Assembly (NCBI RefSeq): GCF_000017305.1
Contig: NC_009664.2
Coordinates: 3,660,001-3,692,000, forward strand
Source of the DNA: Kineococcus radiotolerans SRS30216 = ATCC BAA-149
Lineage (GTDB): Bacteria > Actinomycetota > Actinomycetes > Actinomycetales > Kineococcaceae
Length of the DNA: 32,000 nucleotides
Reading direction: 5' to 3'
Numbering within the stretch: the first letter of the stretch is position 1; every line of letters begins with the position of its first letter. Shown here in pieces: positions 14,929-24,752 of the stretch. Made by a program: the position numbers and the translations under genes. Under the pieces are notes generated by a model. It worked only from the letters and a program-made list of their open reading frames with translations. It did no database searches and was not told the DNA's origin.

Positions 14929-15480
14929 CTACCGGCCCGCCCGCGCGGGGTCCTCGCGCGCGCGGTGGCGCAGGGCGGCGAGCGCCCCCGCCGCGGCGAG
15001 CAGCCACGTCGCGGCCCGGGCCGCCACGGCCACCGGGTCGCCCGCCGGCCCCGGTGGCAGGACGAGCGCCTCCAGCGCCGCCCCGAGCGGGACGAGGAGC
15101 CGCGCGAGCAGGCCGAGGGGGCCGGGGTCGCGCACCCGGGACCCGAGGAACCCCAGCACCGGGCAGACCAGCAGGCTCGCCGCCCACCAGGTCGCGTCCC
15201 CGCGCAGCGTGGCCGCCGGCGGCACCGCGCGCAGCAGCGCGTCGGCGAGGGCGAACGCGAGCAGGGCCGCGCTCGTCGCCAGCCACCCGGCCGCGGCCGC
15301 GCGCCGCGGCGTCCGCACGAGCGCACCGGTGAGGACGGCGAGCCCCGCCCAGGCCCACCCCGCGTTGAGCAGGGAACCGCCGAACCGGGCCCCCGGGGAG
15401 GAGGAGAGGTCGAGCGCGGCGTTCAGGGCGCCGAAGCCCGTGGCGAGCGCGAGGACGACCGGCGGTCGGGAGGAGGGCAC
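14929..15480 (-). CDS. Hypothetical polytopic membrane protein
   Basis: This is ORF 14929..15480. It has 5-6 hydrophobic Ala/Leu/Gly-rich segments and a strong G/C preference at codon position 3. I recognise no family. The GTG start directly abuts GGAGG, so the SD spacing is poor and the start is uncertain. Confidence 0.5.
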   Translation of the reverse strand: MPSSRPPVVLALATGFGALNAALDLSSSPGARFGGSLLNAGWAWAGLAVLTGALVRTPRRAAAAGWLATSAALLAFALADALLRAVPPAATLRGDATWWAASLLVCPVLGFLGSRVRDPGPLGLLARLLVPLGAALEALVLPPGPAGDPVAVAARAATWLLAAAGALAALRHRAREDPARAGR

Positions 15481-15552
15481 CCTCCGATGCTGGCCACGAC
15501 CGGGGACGGGCGGGGACGGTGGGCGCCGTCGGTGCAGGATCGGCGGACCCTT

Positions 15553-15594
15553 CTCCCGGGACCTCCACCGGAGCTCCCGGGACCTCCACCGGAG
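15553..15594. repeat. Perfect 21-nt tandem direct repeat x2 in an intergenic spacer
   Basis: CTCCCGGGACCTCCACCGGAG sits at 15553-15573 and 15574-15594. Each unit contains the palindrome TCCCGGGA and the inverted repeat CTCC-ACC-GGAG. Confidence 0.95.
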
Positions 15595-15598
15595 GGCC

Positions 15599-16426
15599 TC
15601 AGGCCAGGTGGGCCAGGACCGCGGCCAGGGCGCCGGGGGCCTCGGTGAGCACCGAGAGGTGGCTCGCGCCGGGGACCACCCGCAGCGTCGACCCGGGCAC
15701 GAGCGCGGCGAGCCGGTGGGCGTGGCCGACGGGGACGACGCGGTCGGCCTCCCCGTGCAGGAGGTGGACGGGCACGGTGGTGCCGGCGGGGTCGAAGCCC
15801 CAGGGCCGCACGTGGGCGAGGTCGTCGTCGACGAGCCCGCCGTCGCCGTTCGCGGTGGCGGCCTGCACGACCGGCCCGAACCACCCCCACGGGCCCTCGA
15901 GGAGGGCCCAGTCCTCGGGGGTGAAGTCGATCCCGCCGGAGCCGGCGGCCTGGAACTCCTCCTTCGCCGCCCGTCCCGCCACCGCGGCGCCCAGGCTCGC
16001 CCGCCCGGCGGGCCCGAGACCCTCGAACCAGCCCGGCGTGCCGTCGTAGGGGGCCAGACCGGAGACGGACAGGGCGGCGGCCACCCGCCCGGGCAGCAGC
16101 GCGGCGCAGGCCAGGGCGTGCGACCCCCCGCCGGAGTGGCCCACGCTCACGCACCGCTCGACGCCGAGGTGGTCCAGCACCGCGACGACGTCGCCGACGA
16201 CGCTCGCGACGTTCCGGCCCGGGCGGCGGGGCGAGTCGGCGTAGCCGGGGCGGTCCACCCCGATCCAGCGGACCCCCGGTTCCAGCAGCGGGGCGGGCGG
16301 CTCGCCGGTGTTCGGGGTCCCGCCGTGCCAGAGCACGACGGGTCCCGGCCCGCCGGTGTCGTGGGCGTGCAGCACGCGGCCGCCGGGCAGGGGGACCTCG
16401 ACGGGGTGCGTGCTCGCCGCGCTCAC
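15599..16426 (-). CDS. Alpha/beta hydrolase fold protein
   Basis: This is the C-terminal 275 codons of ORF 15599..17368. GTG at 16426 overlaps the upstream gene's stop (GTGA). The protein has an HGG oxyanion motif (VVLWHGGTP), a nucleophile elbow GHSGGG and a C-terminal GASHL catalytic-His context. Confidence 0.85.
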   Translation of the reverse strand: MSAASTHPVEVPLPGGRVLHAHDTGGPGPVVLWHGGTPNTGEPPAPLLEPGVRWIGVDRPGYADSPRRPGRNVASVVGDVVAVLDHLGVERCVSVGHSGGGSHALACAALLPGRVAAALSVSGLAPYDGTPGWFEGLGPAGRASLGAAVAGRAAKEEFQAAGSGGIDFTPEDWALLEGPWGWFGPVVQAATANGDGGLVDDDLAHVRPWGFDPAGTTVPVHLLHGEADRVVPVGHAHRLAALVPGSTLRVVPGASHLSVLTEAPGALAAVLAHLA

Positions 16427-17523
16427 CCGAACAACGGTGCCAGCACCGCCCGGGCGGACGCCAGGTCCAGACCGCGCCGTTCGACCCAGTCGTCGGAGTA
16501 GTAGGTGTCCAGGTAGCGGTTGCCCTCGTCGCAGACGAGGGTCACCACCGACCCGGCGCGCCCGGCCCGGCGCATCCGGTCCACCAGCCGCAGCGCCACC
16601 GCGAGGTTGGTGCCGGTGGAGGCCCCGGCCCGGATCCCGGTGCGCTCGAACAGCATCCGCATCGCGGCGACGGACTCCGCGTCGGGGACGGTGAACGCCT
16701 CGTCCACGACCGCGGGGACGAAGGAGGGTTCCACCCGGGGCCGCCCGATCCCCTCGATGCGCGAACCGGGACCCGTCAGCGCGCGGGAACCGGTGCGCCA
16801 GGCCTCGGCGAACACCGACCCCTCCGGGTCGGCCAGGGCCAGGCGCGTCGCGTGCTTCTGGTAGCGGCAGTAGCGCCCGATGGTGGCGCTCGTCCCCCCG
16901 GTGCCGGCGCCCACCACGATCCACTCCGGCTCCGGGTGGGGTTCCAGGGCCATCTGCTCGAAGATCGAGCAGGCGATGTTGTTGTTCCCGCGCCAGTCGG
17001 TGACGGTGGAGGCCGTGGCGAACTGGTCGAAGTAGTACCACCCGTCCTGGGCCCCGAGCTCCTCGGCGGCCGCGTACACCTCGCCGGGGTCGTCGACGAG
17101 GTGCAGGCGGCCGCCCTGGCCGGTGATGAGGTCGAGCTTGGCCACCGAGGTCTGCGCGGGGACCACGGCGACGAAGTCCAGGCCGAGCATGCGGGCGAAG
17201 TACGCCTCGGACACGGCCGTGGACCCGCTGGAGGCCTCGACCAGCGTCGTGTCCGGCCCGATCGCGCCGTTGGCGAGGCCGAAGAGGAACAGCGACCGGG
17301 CGAGGCGGTGCTTGAGCGAGCCCGTCGGGTGGACGGACTCGTCCTTGAGGTAGAGCTGCACCTCCCACTCCGCGGGGAGGGGGAACACGCGCAGGTGGGT
17401 GTCGGCGCTGCGGTTGGCGTCCGCCTCCACCTTGCGCACGGCCCGGTGCACCCAGTCGCGGTGCCCGCGGGCGCCGTCGGGGTCCGGGGCGGGGTCGGCG
17501 GGCCGGGGGAGGGGGTGGTCCAC
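16423..17523 (-). CDS. PLP-dependent cysteine synthase / cystathionine beta-synthase family protein
   Basis: This is the tail of ORF 16423..19191. The sequence reads …[23 protein letters not shown]… (PLP lysine), …[15 protein letters not shown]…, …[14 protein letters not shown]…. There is no in-frame ATG. The GTG at 17523 gives 366 aa, which is family-typical. Confidence 0.85.
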   Translation of the reverse strand: MDHPLPRPADPAPDPDGARGHRDWVHRAVRKVEADANRSADTHLRVFPLPAEWEVQLYLKDESVHPTGSLKHRLARSLFLFGLANGAIGPDTTLVEASSGSTAVSEAYFARMLGLDFVAVVPAQTSVAKLDLITGQGGRLHLVDDPGEVYAAAEELGAQDGWYYFDQFATASTVTDWRGNNNIACSIFEQMALEPHPEPEWIVVGAGTGGTSATIGRYCRYQKHATRLALADPEGSVFAEAWRTGSRALTGPGSRIEGIGRPRVEPSFVPAVVDEAFTVPDAESVAAMRMLFERTGIRAGASTGTNLAVALRLVDRMRRAGRAGSVVTLVCDEGNRYLDTYYSDDWVERRGLDLASARAVLAPLFG

Positions 17524-17570
17524 CGTCGGATCATGGCACCTCCCCGCGGCCCGCGGCCCGCGCGCGCCCG

Positions 17571-19253
17571 TCAGTCCGCCGGCAGCAGCCAGACGGTCGT
17601 CTCCCCAGGCAGCTCGCCGTCCAGCTCGTCGGCCGGCGCCCCGCTGGAGAGCACCACCCGCCCGGGGGGCAGCGGGACGGCGCGGGTGGTGAAGTTCGTG
17701 ACGCAGGTCCAGCCGCCGGGGCGGCGGAACCGCACGACGCCCTCGGGGGCGTCCTCGAACACCAGTTCCTCGCCGGTGCGCAGCCGCCGCCGCCAGGCCA
17801 GCGCCTCGCGGTAGGCGGAGAGCGTCGAGCGGGGGTCGCGGTCCTGGACGTCGGCGGCGTGGGCGGCGAACCAGGACGGCTGCGGCAGGTGGGAGGGGCC
17901 GGGGCCGAAGCCGTGGGAGGGGCCCTCCGCGGTCCAGGGCAGCGGGACGCGGCAGCCGTCGCGGCCCTTGTCGACGTGGCCGGAGCGCAGCCAGGTCGGG
18001 TCCTGCAGCACCGCGGCGTCGAGGTCGGCGACCTCGGGCAGCCCCAGCTCCTCGCCCTGGTACAGGTAGGCGCTGCCGGGCAGGGCGAGCAGGAACGCCG
18101 TCGCCGCCCGGGCCCGGCGGGCGCCGCGCTCGAGGTCGGGGGCGGGGTCGGTGCCGCCGCTGAGCAGCCACCGCGCCCGGTCGGCCTCGTCCATCCCGTC
18201 GGGCAGGCCGTAGCGGCTGACGTGGCGCACGACGTCGTGGTTGGACAGGACCCAGGTGGAGGAGGTGCCGGACTCCGCGGCCAGGCGGAGGTTCTCCTCG
18301 ACGATCCGCCGGAAGGAGGCGGCGTCGAAGTCGGAACGCAGCAGGTCGAAGTTGAACGCCTGCCCCAGCCCCTCGGGGGAGGCGTAGCGGGCGCGGCGGT
18401 GGGTGGCGACCCACGCCTCGGCGACCGCGGTGCGGGGCGGGTCGTACTCGTCGAACACCGCCCGCCAGGCGCGGTAGACCTCGTGGACCTCGTCGCGGTC
18501 CCAGAACCGGTGGGCTCCGTCGGGCAGGTCGTCCGCGGCCAGCTCCGCGGCGGAGGGCAGCGGGGAGGACATGTCCTTCACCAGGGCGTGGGCGACGTCG
18601 ACGCGGAACCCGTCGACCCCGCGGTCGGCCCAGAAGCGCAGCGTGGTGAGGAAGTCCTCGCGCACCTCGGGGTGGTCCCAGTTCCAGTCCGGCTGCTCGG
18701 GGGCGAAGGTGTGCAGGTACCACTCCCCGTCGCCGACGGGTTCCCACGCCGGGCCCCCGAAGACGGCCGTCCAGTCGCTGGGCGGCAGCTCGCCGTGCTC
18801 GCCGCGGCCGCGGGCGAAGACGTAGCGCTCGCGCTCGGGGGAGCCGGGCCCGGCGGCCAGCGCGTCGCGGAACCAGCGGTGCCGGTTCGAGGAGTGGTTG
18901 GGCACGATGTCCACGACGACCTTGATCCCCGCGGCGTGCAGGGTGGCGACCATCTCGTCGAACTGCTCCAGGGTGCCGATGGCGGGGTCGACGTCGCGGT
19001 GGTCGTCGACGTCGTAGCCCCCGTCGGCCAGGGCGGAGGGGTAGAAGGGGGAGAGCCACACGGCGTCGACCCCGAGGGAGACCAGGTGCGGGACCCGGGC
19101 GGTGATGCCGGGCAGGTCGCCGGTGCCGTCGCCGTTCGAGTCCGCGAAGCTGCGCGGGTAGACCTGGTAGACGACGGCCTGGCGCCACCACGGGTCCGGG
19201 GTGGTGGCCGGCGGCGAGGAGGGGGTGGTGGCGTGGTCGAGGAGGTCGGACAC
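17571..19253 (-). CDS. GH13 alpha-glucosidase / oligo-1,6-glucosidase family
   Basis: This is the tail of ORF 17571..20192. The sequence reads [29 protein letters not shown]…[12 protein letters not shown]…DGGYDV…[10 protein letters not shown]…[11 protein letters not shown]…AEAW…FNFD…VLSNHD…YQGEELG. GTG at 19253 has GGAGA 8 nt upstream. Confidence 0.92.
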   Translation of the reverse strand: MSDLLDHATTPSSPPATTPDPWWRQAVVYQVYPRSFADSNGDGTGDLPGITARVPHLVSLGVDAVWLSPFYPSALADGGYDVDDHRDVDPAIGTLEQFDEMVATLHAAGIKVVVDIVPNHSSNRHRWFRDALAAGPGSPERERYVFARGRGEHGELPPSDWTAVFGGPAWEPVGDGEWYLHTFAPEQPDWNWDHPEVREDFLTTLRFWADRGVDGFRVDVAHALVKDMSSPLPSAAELAADDLPDGAHRFWDRDEVHEVYRAWRAVFDEYDPPRTAVAEAWVATHRRARYASPEGLGQAFNFDLLRSDFDAASFRRIVEENLRLAAESGTSSTWVLSNHDVVRHVSRYGLPDGMDEADRARWLLSGGTDPAPDLERGARRARAATAFLLALPGSAYLYQGEELGLPEVADLDAAVLQDPTWLRSGHVDKGRDGCRVPLPWTAEGPSHGFGPGPSHLPQPSWFAAHAADVQDRDPRSTLSAYREALAWRRRLRTGEELVFEDAPEGVVRFRRPGGWTCVTNFTTRAVPLPPGRVVLSSGAPADELDGELPGETTVWLLPAD

Positions 19254-19343
19254 GGTCGGGTCTCCAGTGATCGCGATTTGATCCGGGGCTTGAATAAAAG
19301 ACGTGGTCCGAGTGTGCGGAACGGCTCCCCGGGAGGTCAAGAC
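19254..19343. promoter_or_regulatory. Divergent promoter/operator region between the GH13 operon and the ROK regulator
   Basis: This 90-nt spacer holds the most AT-rich patch I noticed by eye (CTTGAATAAAAG, 19289-19300) and an 8-nt palindrome ATCGCGAT (19270-19277) flanked by TGATC…TTGATC. The SD for the ROK gene, GGGAGG, is at 19331-19336. I could not assign precise -10/-35 elements. Confidence 0.4.
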
Positions 19344-19385
19344 GTGGCGGACGACAGGTCGGACGACGTGGCGGACGACGTGGCG
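19344..19385 (+). repeat. Imperfect 12-nt tandem repeat at the 5' end of the ROK gene
   Basis: The units are GTGGCGGACGAC / AGGTCGGACGAC / GTGGCGGACGAC / GTGGCG, encoding [14 protein letters not shown]. Confidence 0.9.
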
Positions 19386-20600
19386 GTGCCGCGGGTGCGC
19401 GACTCCGTCACCCGGCGGTTGCGCGACGACAACGCGCTCGCCGTGCTGCACCACGTGTGGGACCTCGCGGAGGTCCTCACCCCCGCCGAACCCCCCGCCG
19501 AGCCCCCCGCCGAGCCCCCCGCCGACGCCCCCGAGGTCACCGCCAGCGACCTCATGCGCGCCACCGGGCTCTCCCGCGCCACCGTCCACGACGTGTGCGA
19601 CGAGCTCATCGAGCGCGGCTGGCTGGAGGAGCGGCGCACCGCCCGCCCCACCCCCGCCAAGGGCCGCCCCGCGCGCCGCTACGCCCTGCGCGCCGGCGCC
19701 GGGGCCGTCGTGGGGGTCGACGCCGGTGCGCACCGCCTCGCCGCCCGGGTCACCGACCTGCGCGGGCGCGTCCTGGGCGAGGCCTCCGCCGTCGTCGAGC
19801 ACGACGTCGCCCTCGACCCACCGCAGCGGCGGGTCGAGGCCGTCGAGGAGGTCGTCCTCGCCGCGCTGGAGCGCGCGGGCGACCCCCGGGTGCTGGCCCT
19901 GGCCGTGGGCGTGCCCGCCCCCGTCGACGCCGACGGCCGGACGGTCTTCACCCGCAACCCCTACTGGGCCTTCATGAACCCCGACCTCGCCGCGGCCCTC
20001 ACCCGCCGCGGCTGGCCCGCGGTCGTCGACAACGACGCCAACCTCGCCGCCCTCGCCGAGAGCGGGCAGGGGCAGGGGGTCGGGGTCGCGGACCAGGTGA
20101 CGCTGCTGGCGGGGGAGCGCTTCGGCGCCGGGGTCGTCGCCGGGGGCCGGCTGCTGCGCGGGGCGCGCGGGGGCGCGGGGGAGATGCGCCACCTCGACAT
20201 CGTCGCCGGGGTGGGCTCGGCCGACGGGTTGGGCAAGGTGCTGCGCGACCTGGCCGGCACCGGCCGCGGCCCCGGCTCCACGGCCCCCGAGGTCGTCGCG
20301 GCCGCCGCGGCCGGCGGACTGGTCGCCACCGCGCTGGTGGAGATCGCCGGGCTGCGCCTGACCCGCGTGGTGGTCACCCTGGCCAGCCTGCTCGACCCCG
20401 AGCGCGTCGTCGTCGCCGGCGGGATCGCCGACGCGGCGCCGCTGGTCGACGTCGTGAACCGGGAGCTGCCCGCGTTCCTCGACCCGCCGCGGCCCCTCGT
20501 GGTCGCCTCGACGCTGGGGCGCGACGTCGTCGCCCTCGGCGCGGTGCGCCGGGCGCTGGACGAGGTGCGCCGCGACGCGCTGGTGCTGACCCTGGTCTGA
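19344..20600 (+). CDS. ROK family transcriptional regulator (wHTH plus sugar-kinase-like domain)
   Basis: This is the tail of ORF 17859..20600. GTG at 19344 lies 7 nt after GGGAGG. The wHTH region reads …[10 protein letters not shown]…[29 protein letters not shown]…. The ROK core reads [14 protein letters not shown]…[12 protein letters not shown]…GGAGEMRH…. Several in-frame GTGs (19344, 19368, 19380) leave the exact start uncertain. Confidence 0.88.
   Translation: MADDRSDDVADDVAVPRVRDSVTRRLRDDNALAVLHHVWDLAEVLTPAEPPAEPPAEPPADAPEVTASDLMRATGLSRATVHDVCDELIERGWLEERRTARPTPAKGRPARRYALRAGAGAVVGVDAGAHRLAARVTDLRGRVLGEASAVVEHDVALDPPQRRVEAVEEVVLAALERAGDPRVLALAVGVPAPVDADGRTVFTRNPYWAFMNPDLAAALTRRGWPAVVDNDANLAALAESGQGQGVGVADQVTLLAGERFGAGVVAGGRLLRGARGGAGEMRHLDIVAGVGSADGLGKVLRDLAGTGRGPGSTAPEVVAAAAAGGLVATALVEIAGLRLTRVVVTLASLLDPERVVVAGGIADAAPLVDVVNRELPAFLDPPRPLVVASTLGRDVVALGAVRRALDEVRRDALVLTLV
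19482..19529 (+). repeat. 12-nt tandem repeat x3 to x4, in frame (PAEP)3 plus a degenerate PADA
   Basis: The units are CCCGCCGAACCC / CCCGCCGAGCCC / CCCGCCGAGCCC / CCCGCCGACGCC. They sit between the first helix and the recognition part of the predicted wHTH of the ROK regulator. Confidence 0.9.
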
Positions 20601-20606
20601 GCGCCC

Positions 20607-21437
20607 TCAGAAGGAGTGCTCGGGCCCCGGGAAGGACCCGCCGCGGACCTCCTCGGCGTACTGGCGCGCCGCGTCGGAGAGGGCGGTGCGCACGTCGGCG
20701 AACCGCTTGACGAACTTCGCCGTCCGCTCGGACAGCCCCGCGAAGTCCTGCCACACCAGGACCTGCCCGTCGGTCCCGGAGCCCGCCCCGATGCCGACGG
20801 TGGGCACGGCCAGGGTGCGGGTGACCTGCGCGGCGACGTCGGCGGGGACCATCTCCATGAGCACCGCGAACGCGCCGGCCTCGGCCAGCGCCCGGGCGTC
20901 GGCCAGGACCTGCTCGCCCGCCTCGCCGCGGCCCTGCACCCGGTAGCCGCCGAGGGCGTGCTCGGACTGCGGGGTGAAGCCGATGTGGGCCATGACGGGG
21001 ATGCCCGCCTCGACGACGGCCCGGACCCGGCCCGCCCGCCGGGCCCCGCCCTCGAACTTCACCGCGTGCGCGCCGCCCTCCTTCATGACCCGCACCGCGG
21101 AGGCGACGGCGAGGTCGTCGGAGACCTCGTAGGACCCGAAGGGCAGGTCGGCGACGACGAACGCGTGCGGCGCGCCGGCCACCACGGCCCGCACCAGCGG
21201 CAGCAGGTGGTCGAGGGTCACCGGCAGCGTCGTCGGCATCCCGAAGACGGTGTTGGCGGCCGAGTCCCCGACCAGCAGCGCCGGGATGCCGGCCTCGTCG
21301 AAGACGGCCGCGGTCATCGCGTCGTAGCTGGTGAGCATCGCCCACTTCTCGCCCGCGTCCTTCCACTGCTGGAAGTGGTGGACGCGGGTGCGGCGCCGGC
21401 CCGGGACGGGGGGCGGCGGCTCGGTGGCGTAGGTCAT
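20607..21437 (-). CDS. panB: 3-methyl-2-oxobutanoate hydroxymethyltransferase
   Basis: This is ORF 20607..21437 with an ATG start. The sequence is canonical PanB: …KWAMLTSYD…[16 protein letters not shown]…DLPFGSY…[10 protein letters not shown]…[13 protein letters not shown]…GGYRVQGR…[12 protein letters not shown]…. Confidence 0.95.
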   Translation of the reverse strand: MTYATEPPPPVPGRRRTRVHHFQQWKDAGEKWAMLTSYDAMTAAVFDEAGIPALLVGDSAANTVFGMPTTLPVTLDHLLPLVRAVVAGAPHAFVVADLPFGSYEVSDDLAVASAVRVMKEGGAHAVKFEGGARRAGRVRAVVEAGIPVMAHIGFTPQSEHALGGYRVQGRGEAGEQVLADARALAEAGAFAVLMEMVPADVAAQVTRTLAVPTVGIGAGSGTDGQVLVWQDFAGLSERTAKFVKRFADVRTALSDAARQYAEEVRGGSFPGPEHSF

Positions 21438-21438
21438 C

Positions 21439-23238
21439 TCAGTCCTGTCCCAGCGGGCTGTCGGTCTTCACGTCCACCGGGGGCGTGAGCGAGGCCGAGG
21501 CGGCGGGCTCGCGCCAGCGGTTGGTGATGGGCAGCCGGCGGTCGCGGCCGAAGGCCTTGTAGGAGATCTTCGGCCCCGGCGCGAACTGCCGCCGCTTCCA
21601 CTCCGCGCGGTCCACGAGGGTCACCACGGAGTCGACGACGGTGGCGTCGAAACCCGCCTCGAGCATCTCCGCGCGCCCGCGGTCGCCCTCGACGTAGTCC
21701 TCGAGGATCGCGTCGAGGACCTCGTAGGGCGGCAGGGAGTCCTGGTCGGTCTGGTCCGGGCGCAGTTCCGCCGAGGGGGGCTTGGTGATGGTGTTCTCCG
21801 GGATCGGCGGCTGCTCCCCGCGCGAGAGCGCCTCCGCGTTGCGCCACCGCGACAGCTCCCACACCAGCGTCTTGGGGACGTCCTTGAGCGGGGCGTACCC
21901 GCCGACGGAGTCGCCGTACAGCGTCGAGTACCCCACGGCGAGCTCGCTCTTGTTGCTCGTCGCCAGCGTCAGGTGGCCCTCCTGGTTGGCGATGCCCATG
22001 ATCGTCGTCCCGCGCACGCGCGCCTGCAGGTTCTCCTCCGCCACCCCGCGCAGCGGGACGGTGCCGAGGAACGCCTCGACCATCGGCGCGATCGGGTACT
22101 GCCGGTACTCGAACCCGCAGCGGTTCGCGAGGTCCTCGGCGTCGTCCCTGGAGTGCTGGGAGGAGTAGCCCGAGGGCAGCGAGATCCCCAGGACGTTCTC
22201 CGGGCCGATCGCGTCGCAGGCCAGCGACGCGACCAGCGCGGAGTCGATGCCGCCGGAGACGGCGACGACCACGGACCGGAAGCCGTTCTTGCGCACGTAG
22301 TCCCGCAGCCCCAGGACGAGCGCGCCGTGGACCTCGGCCACGTCGGGCAGGGGCTGGAGGACCTCCGACGCGCGCGGCTCGTAGGCGGGGACGGCCTCGG
22401 CGGTGACGGTGACCCGCTGGACGTGCTCCTCCCAGCCGGGGGTCGTGACCCCCGCCGGCAGGTCGAGGTCGGTGACGACCAGCGCCTCCCGGAACTGCGG
22501 GCCGCGGGCCAGCACGGTGCCCCCGGCGGCGACCACGAGGGAGTCGCCGTCGAAGACGAGCTCGTCCTGGCCCCCCACGGCGTTGACGTAGGCGATGGGG
22601 CAGCCGGCCTCGGCGGCGCGGCGCGCGACCAGCTCCAGGCGGACGTCGTCCTTGTCGCGCTCGTAGGGGGAGGCGTTGAGCACCGCGAGCAGCCCGGCGC
22701 CGGCGTCGCCGGCCATCTGCACCGGTCCGCCGTCCTGCCAGAGGTCTTCGCAGATCGCCACGGCCACGTCGACCCCACGGACCCGCACGACCAGCAGGTC
22801 GTCGCCGGGCACGAAGATGCGGTACTCGTCGAAGACGCCGTAGTTGGGCAGGTGGTGCTTGGCGTAGCGCGCCACCACGCGGCCCCCGTGCAGCACCGCC
22901 GCGCAGTTCTGCGGCAGCCTGCGCGGACCCCCCGCGCCCGGGCGGGCGTCCTCGCCGACCCGGTCCACGTAGCCCACGACGACGGTCACGTCGCCGAACC
23001 CGTCGTCGGCCAGCCGGCGCGCCAGCCGCCCCACCGCCCGCCGGGAGGCGTCGACGAAGGAGGTGCGCAGCGCGAGGTCCTCCACCGGGTACCCGGTGAC
23101 GGCGGTCTCGGGGAACAGCACCAGGTGCGCGCCGTCCTGCGCGGCCCGCCGCGTCCAGTCGAGGATGACCGCGACGTTGCCGTCGAGGTCACCGACCGTC
23201 GTGTCGACCTGGGCCATGGCCACCCGCAGCTGAGGCAT
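21439..23238 (-). CDS. nadE: Glutamine-dependent NAD+ synthetase (N-terminal CN-hydrolase domain plus NAD synthetase domain)
   Basis: This is ORF 21439..23238 with an ATG start. The sequence reads [21 protein letters not shown]…LVLFPE…ICEDLW… then …[15 protein letters not shown]…[17 protein letters not shown]…. Its stop lies 1 nt from the panB start, which implies an operon. Confidence 0.95.
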   Translation of the reverse strand: MPQLRVAMAQVDTTVGDLDGNVAVILDWTRRAAQDGAHLVLFPETAVTGYPVEDLALRTSFVDASRRAVGRLARRLADDGFGDVTVVVGYVDRVGEDARPGAGGPRRLPQNCAAVLHGGRVVARYAKHHLPNYGVFDEYRIFVPGDDLLVVRVRGVDVAVAICEDLWQDGGPVQMAGDAGAGLLAVLNASPYERDKDDVRLELVARRAAEAGCPIAYVNAVGGQDELVFDGDSLVVAAGGTVLARGPQFREALVVTDLDLPAGVTTPGWEEHVQRVTVTAEAVPAYEPRASEVLQPLPDVAEVHGALVLGLRDYVRKNGFRSVVVAVSGGIDSALVASLACDAIGPENVLGISLPSGYSSQHSRDDAEDLANRCGFEYRQYPIAPMVEAFLGTVPLRGVAEENLQARVRGTTIMGIANQEGHLTLATSNKSELAVGYSTLYGDSVGGYAPLKDVPKTLVWELSRWRNAEALSRGEQPPIPENTITKPPSAELRPDQTDQDSLPPYEVLDAILEDYVEGDRGRAEMLEAGFDATVVDSVVTLVDRAEWKRRQFAPGPKISYKAFGRDRRLPITNRWREPAASASLTPPVDVKTDSPLGQD

Positions 23239-23408
23239 GGGGCCAGCGTAGTGAGCGCCCGCGACGGTGCTCGGGCCGGTGCGCGCGGGGGCCCGGCCCC
23301 GGGTGCGGCGGGGTGCGCGCCGGGTCCGGGCCGGTGGTGCGCGATGATGAGCGCGGGGCCGCCGCCGACCGCTGACGGCCCGGCGAGGGACGCGACGGAA
23401 GGGCTGCC

Positions 23409-24752
23409 ATGGACCGCCAGCAGGAGTTCGTGCTGCGGACGCTGGAGGAGCGGGACATCCGCTTCGTCCGGCTCTGGTTCACCGACGTCATCGGCACGTT
23501 GAAGTCGGTGGCGATCGCGCCCGCCGAGCTCGAGGGGGCCTTCGGCGAGGGGATCGGGTTCGACGGCTCCGCCATCGAGGGCCTGTCCCGGGTGTCGGAG
23601 TCCGACATGCTCCTCAAGCCCGAGCCCTCCACGTTCCAGGTGCTGCCGTGGCGCGCCAGCGACGAGCACCAGGGCACGGCCCGCATCTTCTGCGACATCC
23701 TCACCCCCGACGGCCAGCCGGCGCGCTCGGACCCGCGCTTCGTGCTCAAGCGGGCCCTGGACCGCGCCGCGCAGCGCGGCTACACCTTCTACACCCACCC
23801 CGAGATCGAGTTCTACCTCTTCAAGACCCCCCTCGAACGCGGTGCCGTGCCCGAGCCGGTCGACTACGTCGGCTACTTCGACAACCACCCCGGCAGCACC
23901 ACCACCGACTTCCGCCGCACGGCCATCTCGACGCTGGAGAGCATGGGCATCTCCGTCGAGTTCAGCCACCACGAGGGCGGGCCGGGGCAGAACGAGATCG
24001 ACCTGCGCTACGCCGACGCCCTCACCACCGCGGACAACATCATGACCTTCCGCACCGTCCTCAAGGAGGTGGCGCGCGACCAGGACGTCTACGCCAGCTT
24101 CATGCCCAAGCCCCTCGCCGGGGAGCCGGGGTCGGGGATGCACACCCACCTCTCGCTCTTCGACGGCGACGCCAACGCCTTCTACGAGGCCGGTGCGGAG
24201 TACCAGCTGTCCCGCACCGGGCGGCAGTTCATCGCCGGCATCCTGCGCCACGCCGCCGAGATCACCGCGGTGACCAACCAGTTCATCAACTCCTACAAGC
24301 GGTTGTGGTCCGGCGGGGAGGCCCCCAGCTACGTCTGCTGGGGCCACAACAACCGCTCCGCGCTGGTCCGGGTCCCGATGTACAAGCCCTCCAAGGGCCA
24401 GTCGGTGCGCATCGAGTACCGCGCGCTGGACTCCGCGGCCAACCCCTACCTCGCCTTCGCGCTGCTGCTCAGCGCCGGGCTGAAGGGCATCGAGGAGGGC
24501 TACGACCTGCCCGACGGCGCCGAGGACGACGTGTGGTCGCTCACCGACGCCGAGCGCCGCTCGATGGGCATCGAGCCGCTGCCGCAGAGCCTCGAGCACG
24601 CCATCGCCGTCATGGAGCGCTCCGAGCTGGTCGCCGAGACCCTCGGCGAGGGCGTCTTCGACTACTTCCTGCGCAACAAGCGCCAGGAGTGGGCCGACTA
24701 CCGCGCGCAGGTCACGCCCTTCGAGCTCCAGCGGTACCTGCCCCTGCTGTGA
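23409..24752 (+). CDS. glnA2: Glutamine synthetase type I, GlnA2-like
   Basis: This is ORF 23409..24752 with an ATG start. The sequence reads …IRFVRLWFTDVIGTLKSVAI…FDGSAIEG…EFYLF…HHEGGPGQNEIDLRY…SFMPKP…GSGMHTHLSLF…NSYKRL…APSYVCWGHNNRSALVRVP…[18 protein letters not shown]…. The length and position upstream of glnE match actinobacterial GlnA2. Confidence 0.93.
   Translation: MDRQQEFVLRTLEERDIRFVRLWFTDVIGTLKSVAIAPAELEGAFGEGIGFDGSAIEGLSRVSESDMLLKPEPSTFQVLPWRASDEHQGTARIFCDILTPDGQPARSDPRFVLKRALDRAAQRGYTFYTHPEIEFYLFKTPLERGAVPEPVDYVGYFDNHPGSTTTDFRRTAISTLESMGISVEFSHHEGGPGQNEIDLRYADALTTADNIMTFRTVLKEVARDQDVYASFMPKPLAGEPGSGMHTHLSLFDGDANAFYEAGAEYQLSRTGRQFIAGILRHAAEITAVTNQFINSYKRLWSGGEAPSYVCWGHNNRSALVRVPMYKPSKGQSVRIEYRALDSAANPYLAFALLLSAGLKGIEEGYDLPDGAEDDVWSLTDAERRSMGIEPLPQSLEHAIAVMERSELVAETLGEGVFDYFLRNKRQEWADYRAQVTPFELQRYLPLL

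Noticed and set aside
1848-15598. I asked whether the Ter cluster is a mobile genomic island.
   Set aside because: I found no integrase, transposase or recombinase ORFs, no flanking tRNA, and no direct or inverted terminal repeats at the borders. Base composition looks uniform with the housekeeping flanks by eye. I cannot exclude ancient acquisition without comparative genomics.
16776-17534. ATG-initiated ORF 16776..17534 (252 aa) has GGAGG 4 nt upstream and overlaps the 5' half of the PLP-enzyme gene.
   Set aside because: It is in a different frame from the recognisable cysteine-synthase-like sequence and translates to Pro/Thr/Arg-rich low complexity. The SD spacing is too short. The in-frame GTG at 17523 explains the homologous protein. 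A sequencing frameshift is not needed.
17859-19343. This is the upstream 495 codons of the 913-aa + ORF that ends as the ROK regulator.
   Set aside because: This part is antisense to the well-supported GH13 gene and has no ROK or other similarity. A good SD plus GTG at 19344 begins the recognisable regulator.
4359-19529. I asked whether the short tandem repeats (12-, 21- and 24-nt units) could be a CRISPR array or another spacer-repeat structure.
   Set aside because: The units are directly adjacent with no spacers, have only 2-4 copies, and lie mostly in frame inside coding sequence. No cas genes are present.
23239-23408. I looked for a GlnR-type operator (GTnAC-n6-GnAAC) in the nadE/glnA2 divergent spacer.
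   Set aside because: Only a poor partial match is visible (GTGAGCGCCCGCGAC near 23251-23265), and the b-site consensus is missing. That is not enough to call a site. A genome-wide PWM scan would be needed.
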